A DNA stretch of 64,000 nt, from the NCBI GenBank assembly GCA_965112155.1, contig OZ218100.1. One strand, written 5' to 3'. Of the stretch, positions 1 to 11,604 are shown piece after piece. The stretch comes from Podarcis liolepis. Taxonomy: Eukaryota. Position 1 is the first letter of the stretch. The number at the start of each line of letters is the position of its first letter. The notes under the pieces are model-generated. The model was given only the letters and a program-made list of their open reading frames with translations. It had not been told where the DNA came from and ran no database searches. The position numbers were made by a program, and so were the translations under genes.

Positions 1-3000
1 ATGGGATTGAAAGGATTTATTTAGCTATGTTTTAAAGCTTCCGTTTGGTGCTTCAGACAATTGTAGATGGAAGATTATATTCAGTGTAAGAGGCACCAAA
101 GGCCACTGGGAGGCTCCTAGGAAGAACCTTGTGGCAAGGGGGTGGCCAGCCTGGCCCCATCCGCTGGCCACAGAAGGAGCTTGCTTTCTCCTCCATGCCA
201 GAAAGAACACTCCGCTCCAACTTCCAGTCTGCTTTAGTATTGCAGAAGCAAAATGAGAGGACGTTCTGGCCCCATCCATTGAGAGCCATCAACTGCTATT
301 CAAGCAAGAACACTGGCCAGCGAAGATCAACTATAAATTGATGACTATAAACAGGTGACTATAAATGCCTGGTTATGGCCCACTGCTTCAGTCTGGCCTT
401 AAGGAGTCGATGTTCCATTTCTCTGCTTTTCCATCCACTTCTTTTCCCTTGTGGGTCTTTGTGTGCCTGATGGCAGTGCTCCTCTACTCTTTTAAATTGA
501 TGCAAGCTGCTTTGGGAGAGAATAATTGCCTGAAAAAGAGGTGGGTAGGTTAAAAATATGGTTAAATAAATAAGCAAACTGTTTTGAATGCCACTGAATC
601 AGCGAGTCTATGAGTGAACGTCAAACAATAGAGATTAAATGTGATATGAGAGGATACTATTTTGTTGAATTGCTGCTGGGAAGAAAACGACCTAAACTGC
701 TATAGTTAATGCAAGAAATGTATGGTCTAATGAAGCCCCAGTATAAAGTATACATTAATATTCCTTTTAGGTAGTCAAATGTCATGAGGGCCAATGTCAG
801 TGAGTAAAACAGGATACTGCCTCATAGCAGATCAGCCGCAAGGGAAAAAAGTGGGGGGTGATCATAAAACTATACATGAATTTTTCATGTACAGTTAGAT
901 AGTTTGTTATTTTAAGTTCTTCTAGCTTTCTTTGTATTCCCATAATATCTGATTTAATCTTAACAGGTAAATTTTAAAAGCTAGGGTTCAATTTCTCAAA
1001 TAGTCATGAAGAGAGGTAACAGCCCTGCAAAATACCAAGAGAAAGATGAAATTACTAAAAACAAAACCCCACTATTTCTTTAAATATTGGCTTAAAAAAT
1101 AAATAAAACCTCTCCAAAAATACTGGAGAATTCTCAAAAACAAACAAACATAGGTACAGTACATTTTCCTCAGTGCATGGAAATGACACACAGTTTTCTC
1201 CAATAATAAGTGATTTGCAATTTGAAAAGTGTAGCTATTTCAGTTGTATTCATGAGGCAATTAACGTATTAATGACCACTAAACAAAATGAACCAAGGAA
1301 GCACAGGGTTCTCTCCCGCTTTTTCATACTGTGAACTTTCTGAAGGCTCATATTTTAAATGCATATCTAAAACACATTGATTTAATCAAAACTTTAATTT
1401 ATTTTCCAAACTGGGCTACCAGGTTACAAATAGAGCAGCTCTGCTTTATTTGTTAGGCTGCTCAAGATTGAATGAGGCGCCTTAGACTTTCGCAACCTCA
1501 TTTTTCAAAAATAATGGGAGTACTGGATGGTCTGCACTTGAATGTCTGATATAATTTACTGTCACGGCCTTGGAAAGGGGATCTTAACAGAGCAGCCCCT
1601 GGGTGGCAACATGTGGACAGATGTGTCACCCACCAACACAAACCCACGAGCCTGTCTTGATTGTGATGACTGCAGATTACCAAGAATTTATTTAGCAAGA
1701 TTAGTTAAAGAAAGGAATATGACTTTGATTTCTCAGCAGATGGGATATATCATTTAGGAAATGCTGGATCCTTGCTTTCTTTAGCGGACTTGCTTTGTGC
1801 TGTGTGATAGGATACAGGGAGGACAGAAGTATCTCTGCACTAGTAGTGGCAGGCCATTAGTGGCCTGTTTTGGCTTTGACTTGGGGAGACTGATCTCCTT
1901 TGCTGAGTTGGTCAGGTTAAGAGTATAAAAAGAGTCCTGCTGGATCAGACCAGTGTCTCATTTAGTTTGGCCAACCAGATGCCTATGGGAATCCCACAAT
2001 CAAGACCTGGTTAAGTTCTTAAGGAGGAGTTGGACAGATCTAGAGAGACAACTTCTCCAGACCTAGAGAGACTTGGCATCTCCAAGTAGGGTTGAGACAT
2101 TCTCCTGCCTGGTACCTGGCCTGGAGAGCCACTGCCAGTCAGAGTAGACAATACTGAAGTAAGGAGACCAACAGTATGACTTGATAAAAGGTTTTAGCAG
2201 ACCCAACCATTGTTTTCATGCCCTGCCTGCCTTGCTGCTGCTAAGCTAGAATAAAGCAAGTTGTGACCAACTTCTCCCCTTCTGCCATCAAGGATGTCCT
2301 GTGTAATTTCTTTCCTCCATCTAGCTACTCTCCTCTTTGCCATTGTACAAATAACAATATGGGTGAATCGAGGGGATATTTGAGCCAGTTCAAATATTCG
2401 TTTGTTTTCCCCATTTTCCGGCCTACAGGCATCTATTTATGTATTAAACATGTTGTTACCAAGGGGATGCAGTACAAACCTTACTTACCCACTGAAAATG
2501 CAAGGGAGGGGGGTTGCTTGGTTGAATGCATTTCCACACTCGAGGTGCCCATTATCTGTAAGACTAATATATATCAGGCAGAAGGCTTCCAGTCTAGCTT
2601 TCCCTCTAATGCCTTAGCTTTACAAATAAGGGACATTTTTGCATAGGCACATTAATTCAAGTATGTGGTTCTCTTCTACCTCATAAAAAACTAGTGTTAT
2701 CTTGTGCACCTTCAAGATTGCTGTGATCTAAGCTCTACCAGTGTGAGCCAACCAGCCTTATCTAGCCAAGCTTCTCTCTGTTGGATATTGTAATAACACT
2801 ATGACCCTAAGATTTAAGTGTGCATTGAAAAACCCTCCCTTTAGCTACCAAACTTGGATCTTAACTAGTCCTCTGCTAATGAAAGGGCTGCTTACATTCA
2901 TGGAGGGAGCTGGTATCTAGCAGAGTATGGGGTGGTATGCCTTTTTTTTGCTCATCTCTCCTTTCCCCAGCAGTTGTGCAATGCTGCTGTGGAGCACCAT

Positions 3001-4994
3001 TCATAACTCTCTGCGGCAGATTGGCAAGGGGAAAAGGGAGTTTACTGAAAGTCACTTTTCCACTTCCATTAGTGAGAAAGTCTCGTGATCAGAATTCCAC
3101 TCACATGACACTCTCACCTGCAGAAGCTTGCTTAGGCTGCACCCCAAATCCCACTTACCTGCAAGTAAGCCCCTTTAATTTAAAGAGCACTTCTTTCTGA
3201 GTAGACATCGTTAGGGTTGCAACCTTAGGATCTAAGTCAATGACTTGTGAGCAGAGCAAGGTGCTTCAGGAGGTGGCGCATGATTGCATGGTCCATGATT
3301 AGCCAGAACTCCCAAGGCAGTTGGTGTTCAGTTCACATATGACCCAAGACAGACCTATCTGAGACTTTTCCATATTAAGCTCAGAGTGGAGATATGTTAG
3401 AGGGTCGAGGTACATTCCACAAGTGAAGATGAAGGACTTTTAATGGGGTTATGCTGTTCATATCAGTCACAATTCCAACATGTCAACGTGCTTTTTTTCT
3501 CATAACCCTTTCTAAATTCCCAATATTTTATTTTGTTTGTTTTGCCTTTTAAATCAGCACTTAAACAACAACAACAACATAAGCCTTTTTAAATTGTAGG
3601 AGACAATAGGGGAATGTAGGGAATGTAGGGAATTTGGATGACCCTTTCTGACTTTTGTGATTCTGCTAAGATACATTTGTGCAATATATAGAAATGAAAA
3701 ACTAGATATGGCAGGATACTGAGGGGTGCAAAGAGCAGCTGCTAAATATTTGATGCAGGCATTCTCTTCTGTGCTAAAGTTACTCATTGGTTGGGGATAA
3801 GAGGGGGAATAAGTCCTAACTTTTGCAGCAAATGGGGTTTTGTTGTTCGATGTCAACAATATGGAACGAGGGACTTTGATAACTAGTCCCAGATATATTT
3901 CATGGCAGGTTGCCAGAAGAGAGAGTGGCTGGCCTGATCTCTGTTGCCGCTTGAGTGCCATCATTGCTAATGGCCAGAAGGCAGTTCTGTAGATATTTAG
4001 TCAGCAGAGGTAAGGTGACATAAGGGGCCAATGTTGATTCCAAATGGCACTTTAAAACGCCTCTGATTGTGCTTTGACAACCCATCCTTTGGGTAAAAAT
4101 CAAGCTTTCTTCAGACTCTCCCTACAGGCTTTGCTGACTTTCAGCTCCCAATCCACCCACCTGTCAGCCCAGCTATGCACTATTTCGCTTGGCTGCCAGC
4201 TTTATCCATGAGCTTTTTTGCACCTTCTCCAGACTGCCAGCGCCAATATATGTAAAAAAAGATAACAGGCTGTGTGGAGTGCACCACCCGTGATCCTCCA
4301 GCTGCTGTTGAACTACAACTTACCGTGTATCAGCCCTAGTCAGCATGGCCAATGGTCAGAGATGATGGGAGTTGTACTTCTGCAACAGCTAGAGGGCTGT
4401 GGCTTAGCCACCCCTCTTATTGTCATTAATGCAAATATATTAAATGAAACCTGTGGCAAACTTCCACACCTTCCTTACACATGGAAAATTTAATCAATTT
4501 CAGTGGCATTATTAGAACTGCAGCCTTATTTTAAAATGCTCGCATGGCTTCCAATAACTCATCGAGTTCTGTGTTCATTTCAGAGCATCGTATCTTCATG
4601 GTTTGTTGGGCTACCTTTGCACTTAGCAGTAAAGCTTAGTAGCATACAGCATATATTAGTTGTGATTCTCAAATTGGCAGCCCTTTGGATAGTCTCATAT
4701 GCCCAGGGCAGAATATCATCCACACCAGGCTCTTGGTTTAAAGTGAAATTACCCTTAATGATGAAAGTAACTTGGGTTTTGAAAGAAGCTCAGGATTCTG
4801 TCACATTCATTAAATGAACTACAGGAGACACATCTCAGAATGGGCAAATTGGAATCAAAACGCTAGCACCTGTCAGCAACCTGGCTGCAGCATTTTGTCC
4901 CAAATGCAGTTTCTGAACACTTTTCAAGGGTAGTCCCACACAGTAATCCAGTAATCCAGTGTAGAGGATGAGAGTACATCAGTACCAATATAGT

Positions 4995-5085
4995 GCCCTC
5001 TGGATGCCGTTGGACTCCAACTCCCATCATCCCTGACTATTGACCATGCTGCCAGGGGCTGATGGGAGTTGGAGTCCAACAACAG
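4995..5085. repeat. Dispersed ~100-bp hairpin repeat (copies at about 4290-4415, 36232-36350, 37913-38030, 55685-55800, 63778-63885)
   Basis: Recurrent self-complementary motif gttggactccaactcccatca...tgatgggagttggagtccaac. Probably an old MITE. Confidence 0.8.
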
Positions 5086-5299
5086 AACATAATAATCTGT
5101 CTCAAACCTAGTCAGATTAACAGTCAAACTGGCCCAGTATTTTTTTTTACACTAACTAGTTGCAGCTCTCCAGGGTTTCAGGGTGAGATCTTTCTAGGCC
5201 TACCTTAACATTCTGGAAATTCAAGGTGGGACCTGCAGATGCTCTACTACAGAGCTATGACCCTTCTGCATACACCTAGAAGGTACCACATTGGCTTCC

Positions 5300-5590
5300 C
5301 TTTCACTAGTGCATGAATGACTGTGGCAAGCAAAGTTCTTAGTTGGCAAACTAGCCAAAGATGGGACAAGGCACTCTTCGCAACCAATGCTACCTGCCTA
5401 TCCAACAGCAATGCATCAAGGAATACTCCCAAGCTAAGTACCTTATCTTTCACAGGAATCTCAACTCTATCCAAGACAGAGTACAAACTCAAACACGAAT
5501 CATCAACAATTTCTGTTTAATCTGGATTGAACCTCTACCACATCTAGTCCTTCACACTCAGGGGCTGGCATATAGATACAGGTATGGATA
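5300..5590 (-). mobile_element. L2 LINE ORF2 fragment (decayed)
   Basis: ORF 5247..5492 contains LDRVEIPVKDKVLSLGVFLD...QVALVAKSALSHLWLVCQLR..LATVIHALV, typical of the L2 post-RT region. Confidence 0.8.
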
Positions 5591-8568
5591 AAATAGTGAC
5601 AAATGCAGGCAATTCACGAGGTAGTACATCTGGATGAACATAAACTATGCATTGCTTGAGAGAGACTAAAGCCCCTGAAGAGCATTGAAAACACACAATG
5701 TGTCTCAAGGTGCCGGATTATGCATTAAGATATATTTCACATTTGAAGATGCTTGAAACCACCATGAGATGAAAACTCCCTATTGGCTGAATCTCTGGGG
5801 AAGTCTGTGTGATTTGCTTACTTTAAAAAGGGTATATGGAATTCATTATGCTAATGAAATAACATCATGGAATTTATATTTCAGCTGAAGATAATATGTG
5901 AGGTCATTCAGCCTTCCTGTATTGCTGCGGAGAAGTGTTTTAAAACTTCTATTTATCAATAATCTTTCTGGAGGAAGCTACAATAACTCTTACTTGTTTT
6001 GCCTTAAGGATATTCCTATCTCTCCAAATCATGCTAGAGGTTCCCATTATAATCTTAAACCTGCTGCTCATCCTCATGAGTTTTGCTGGACTTCCAGGAG
6101 TCTACATGCTGTATGCATACTGCAGTTTATTATAATACTTTTATATGTTCACAGATATATCCTTTGGAATTGAGTTAGTAATTCAGATTGGCCATATCCC
6201 AGAAACACCAGATTGTTTCTAAGTAATAGTTGATCTGGCAGTTCTGCCTCTCAATCTCAGCAAAATGGTTCAGTCTATTGTGCAGATGGGAAACAACTAT
6301 CCATATTTGGCTCTGTAAAAACTACGTCGTGGGTCTTGGAGTGTTATCAAGCTGTGTGTGAAGGAGGTGATCCCACTTTTAGCAGGGAGTGGAGGGATGA
6401 GACAGGACTCAGAATTGAAGCTGTGTAGATCAAAAGGGTATCCTGTCCAAGTTGGTGAAATGGGGTATGTTAGCAGCATCCTATGGCTCCTGAGCCATCC
6501 TCCTAAGGAGCAGAAGCTTATCCCCTCAAGTATTAAAGGTGCTTTTGTTGTTCTGAAAATCATGGATGTTCTAGAAAGCATCCTTCACTGGGTATTAAAA
6601 TTGGGTTGTTGCATGCCTGTCAGTTTAGAAGTCAAATAAGGCCACTCAGAAGTATGTTGCTATGGTATGACTTTTACCTACTCAGGTGACTCCATATGTC
6701 TATAGATGTGTAGGTGTGAGCTTCTATGAGCTGAGAACTTCCAGAACCTATGGAATGCTGAGGTCAAAAGCACAAGATGTATGTGTGTAATTGACCTACC
6801 TGCAATATATGTATTTTAAAACAACGCAGGTACTGTATGACGACAACAACAACAACAACAAATTTCAAAAAGAGATTAAAAATACTAGATTATTTCCACC
6901 TCATTGGCTAGAGATGTTTGACTTCATAGTCAAAGATAGAAATTCTCGCCTTTGCTGCTAACATTTGTTTGAGAGGGGAGCATAGCTGTCCAATCACATG
7001 CGTACTAAAAATCCTGGATTTCTTCATTGCTTTTGTTAAGCAACTCTCACTTTTTCCTCAGGGGAGAATTTCCCTCTCTTAAAATAAGTTTCCAAAGCAC
7101 AAACCAATCTGAAACTCTAGCCAGATACATCTTAATCCCATTATGTGGGAAACAATTAACTCATAAGCCACCATTCATGTGCTGGTTCTGCAAAAGATTG
7201 ATTCACTGTCCCCTGTTGTAGCTTCATGGTCTCTCTTGATTTCATCCATGAATTTGATCTTACCTCTGGGAATGTCTTCTCACATACGAACCCTGTTCTT
7301 TGAAATAAGCTGGTGAGACCTTACACTAGGCTTCCTTCCTGAAATGACACTGTGGGGCTTGAGGCAAGAAGGCTCCCACAGGTGGCATTACAACTTTGGA
7401 GTCTGATTCTCAGTAAGAGATGTCAGGCCACATCAGTGATGAGATTTAGACTTAGAATGGATTTTAAAAACACATTTCCTTGCATTGCAAATGGTTATGC
7501 AGCTATTTTAGCCATGATCTTTCATCAGTTACTTTAAATCCCATTGTTTTAATTGTTGAGTTGGTTTCTATGGGATGCACATTACCTTGGGTGTCCTTCA
7601 GCCAGAAGGAAGATTATCCTTTTTTTACCGAAAACATATCATAAAGCTCACATGTCCACAGGTTTTGTTTTTTTAAAAATAATACTGGAACTAATGTAAA
7701 CACAATGTGACACATAAATGAACTGTGTAAAGGTAACAGAGATCATACAGGTAGAAAACCATGGCAAATAAGCCCACAAAAAATGGTCCTTGGATTCTTG
7801 CAGTCGTATCTTTGCACAAGGTGTCTTTGCCTTTTCAGAAGTAGGGCAACTATCAGCCCTGAAAGCGTCTAGCATTCCCAGTGGGGTCTTATTCTAACTT
7901 TAACTTTCATATAATAAACTAAAACACTAGAGTCCTTTAATTCAGTCTGTGTAGCAAGCGGGTCAATTGCCTTTTTCAGCCTCGTATTATTTTAATCTTA
8001 CATGCCTCTTAGCATGCAAGCTTTAGATTCAGCTGGAAAAAAAATCCATTCTAGACAATTCATGGGATTTTGCTTTGTTCTGGCAGGGTTTTAATGCAAT
8101 AGTAATTGGAAAATTAAATCTTCAAATGCAGTGTTAGAAATCTTCGCAGCAGGATGCAAATGTGCATGTCTGTCTATACCTCTGAAACCAGCCTCTCTTC
8201 TGTTTCTTATACTTGCTTGTGTGACTGGGAAGTAACGAATTTAAGGCATTGAAATACAGTCCAAACCAACATATATATGCATATATATGGAAAGGGAGGG
8301 GGGCCGAAAGCTGGTTGAAGAAGGGGAAAGAATGACTGATCTTTATGCATGAGATAATAGATGAGCCTGGAATGACCTGTTTCCACACACCCCTCCCCTT
8401 TCCCTCCTTCATGCGGTAAAACAGCGTTGAAGAAAGAGGGCAGTCGCGTACAGCCCATCTCCTTCGATTCGCCTGTACCAGACTGTGGCAAAGGGAAATG
8501 TGAACAGGAGAACTGGCAATGAACGCCTCGGACACGGAAAGGAACGACCAGCCTCACCGATTCGCATT

Positions 8569-8577
8569 CAGGTAGGT
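8569..8577 (+). promoter_or_regulatory. Candidate 5' splice site of an upstream non-coding GRM1 exon (exon end 8571)
   Basis: CAG|GTAGGT, a near-consensus donor within the CpG-rich region. Confidence 0.5.
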
Positions 8578-9152
8578 CTTGAGTTTCATCCTCCAAAAGG
8601 GACCGGCGCGAACCATAACGTTGCAGGCAAGAGAGCCAGACAAAAAGCCCTTCCTTCTCCATTAGATTTCAAACGGATTCGGCTTCCTGTGACCAGTTTC
8701 TCTGGATTCCGTAGATGTGTGTGTTTGTGCGTGCGCAGGGAGAATCGGCACTTGCTACAGACAGTACGGTCCTTCTGCCCGCTTTCATCTCTCGCCTTTC
8801 TCCCCTCTCCTGTCCTTCAAAGATAATGGGGAGAAAGACCGAAGGAAGGTGGGTGGAGGGAGGTGGCAACTAGAAATCTGGCTTGCTTCATAGAAACCCA
8901 CCAGCAGCGCTTCATTCCATTAAAAGCCTTTCAGAGAGAGGGTGGGGAGAAGAGGCTGCTGCAACTGGAATTCTCTGTATGTATTTGTACTATGTGTTTT
9001 CGGGGACTGGATAGTAGTGGGTGGGTGGCTGGGTGGCTGGGTGCAAAAGACCAAAGCAACGGGTGCAAGAAGTTATTGGGGCAAAGAGCGCAGCATGGCT
9101 GCAGATTCTGTTGCACCGAACGGAGGAACTCGCTAGGGATCGGGTTGCTGTG

Positions 9153-9173
9153 GACGTTGTCCAGGGTGCTGAA
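9153..9173 (-). promoter_or_regulatory. RE1/NRSE (REST/NRSF binding site)
   Basis: Minus strand reads TTCAGCACCCTGGACAACGTC versus consensus TTCAGCACCnnGGACAGCGCC, with canonical 2-nt spacer, in a neuron-specific gene. Confidence 0.9.
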
Positions 9174-9395
9174 ATCCATAGCAATCCCTGCCCGTGCAAC
9201 AGGGAGCCAAGGCAGCCGAGCGAAGCGAAGCATACCCGACTTTCCAATCAGCAATTATCTCCAACGAGCGGCCGATCGCCTTTTAAATCGCATTAAACTA
9301 CTTAAACTCTAGCCGCCTGGCTTGTCACCTCTCTTGCCCAAAGTCTGCATGAAAAGCAAGCGGTGCCAGAAAAGCACATCAGGACTTTGCCTGCG

Positions 9396-9409
9396 GTTGC
9401 CTTAGTAAC
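9396..9409. promoter_or_regulatory. RFX X-box
   Basis: GTTGCCTTAGTAAC fits GTNRCC-N(0-3)-RGYAAC exactly. Confidence 0.7.
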
Positions 9410-9894
9410 TAATATGTATTTCCCACAGCTTGCATAGTTGTCTCTTTTGTCGAACTACAGCTTTCCCCCTTTCAAAACCCAAAGATTAATCTAGCTGGGA
9501 AAGGCTGTATCTTGTAAGGGTTTTTAAGAATTCTGTCTTGACCTTTAAATGACATTTTCTTTTCTGAAGATTCTACAGAAGCGCACACACCCCGTCTTTC
9601 TCAAGATGTTTAAACTAGCATAGTTTTCTTGTTCTTGACTTAATAATGAAGGGTTTTTGTTTTTTTAAATTAAAGACATAAGGAAGTTCTCAAACTTGTA
9701 AAGGCTTTTCTATGCTTTAAGTGTCAGAATGCAAGTAACAGCATTTTGCCTTAGAAGATAAGGGATACCAATTTCTGCACATGGAGGTGGTTAGGTATAA
9801 ATGAATATATCAAGTCACACACTGCACTCTGTTTATAAATGCAAGATTCTTCATATATTACATATGCATGCATGCAACAAGGCATCACTACTTT

Positions 9895-9896
<2 letters not shown>

Positions 9897-9936
<40 letters not shown>

Positions 9937-9940
9937 CGCA
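9897..9940. repeat. (TG)16(CG)5CA compound microsatellite
   Basis: Directly visible 44-nt alternating purine/pyrimidine tract. Confidence 0.95.
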
Positions 9941-10192
9941 GACACCCACACTCACACCTACGCAGTGTTGGTCTCAGTAGTATAACTGTGCCTTGTTACT
10001 CTCTCCCTGCTTTCCCTCCTTGAGATCTGAAATCGAAAGACACCTGCTATTTGGATCCATTTGATCTGGTGTCTGCTAATATTCCAGGCAGGTGGGGAGA
10101 GATGTTCAAGAAGAAAATGACCTTTACTGAGCTCTGCTTTGACATATTTTCAGCTGATCAATGTGTTCTGTTCTTTCTTCCTATGTCAACAG

Positions 10193-11120
<928 letters not shown>

Positions 11121-11551
11121 TAATTGCTCTTGTAGAGCATTTCAGGTATAAATCACTTTGTAGTTTCAATCCAACTTTAACCCTAAAGGATTGGCAACAT
11201 TATTCCAATTCTGAGAAACTGCTGCTATGAAGGAATGACTTCATATCAGAATAGAAGAGGGTCTTGATCCTACTTCAAGGTTCAAGTCGAAACCATTTAA
11301 CTCTGCTAGATGTGTACATTACTTACGATATCTTCTTTCCTTTTGCTTTGAACTAGTCTTTCTCTTACAACCATAGACAGCTCCCCACAAAACTTTCCTA
11401 TAGTATAATGAGCTTTGCTAAACAAGTATATATAATAGATATATTTTGGCTCTCATCTCATTAATTTTAGCTCTCAGACCATTAATTATCCATGATTTTA
11501 GAAAAGATAAGAGAGCTGTACTGTACCTATACATTGCTTAGGGTGTATTTG

Positions 11552-11572
11552 TATTATTATTATTATTATTAT

Positions 11573-11604
<32 letters not shown>
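11552..11604. repeat. (ATT)n(AGT)n compound microsatellite
   Basis: Directly visible. Confidence 0.95.

Larger units (their letters stand above)
8380..9420 (+). promoter_or_regulatory. GRM1: CpG-enriched GRM1 promoter / non-coding first-exon region
   Basis: CpG density is visibly much higher than in the flanks, 1-2 kb upstream of the start codon. Contains RE1, X-box, CCAAT (9244-9248) and a strong donor at 8572. Boundaries approximate. Confidence 0.75.

Noticed and set aside
329-366. Three spaced copies of actataaa, and the (gggaatgta)n repeat near 3610-3633
   Set aside because: Too short and few to be an array. Consistent with local slippage duplications and not CRISPR-like.
8134-9312. Cluster of overlapping 85-151 aa ORFs
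   Set aside because: Expected in a GC-richer, stop-poor promoter region. No domain similarity or consistent exon structure.
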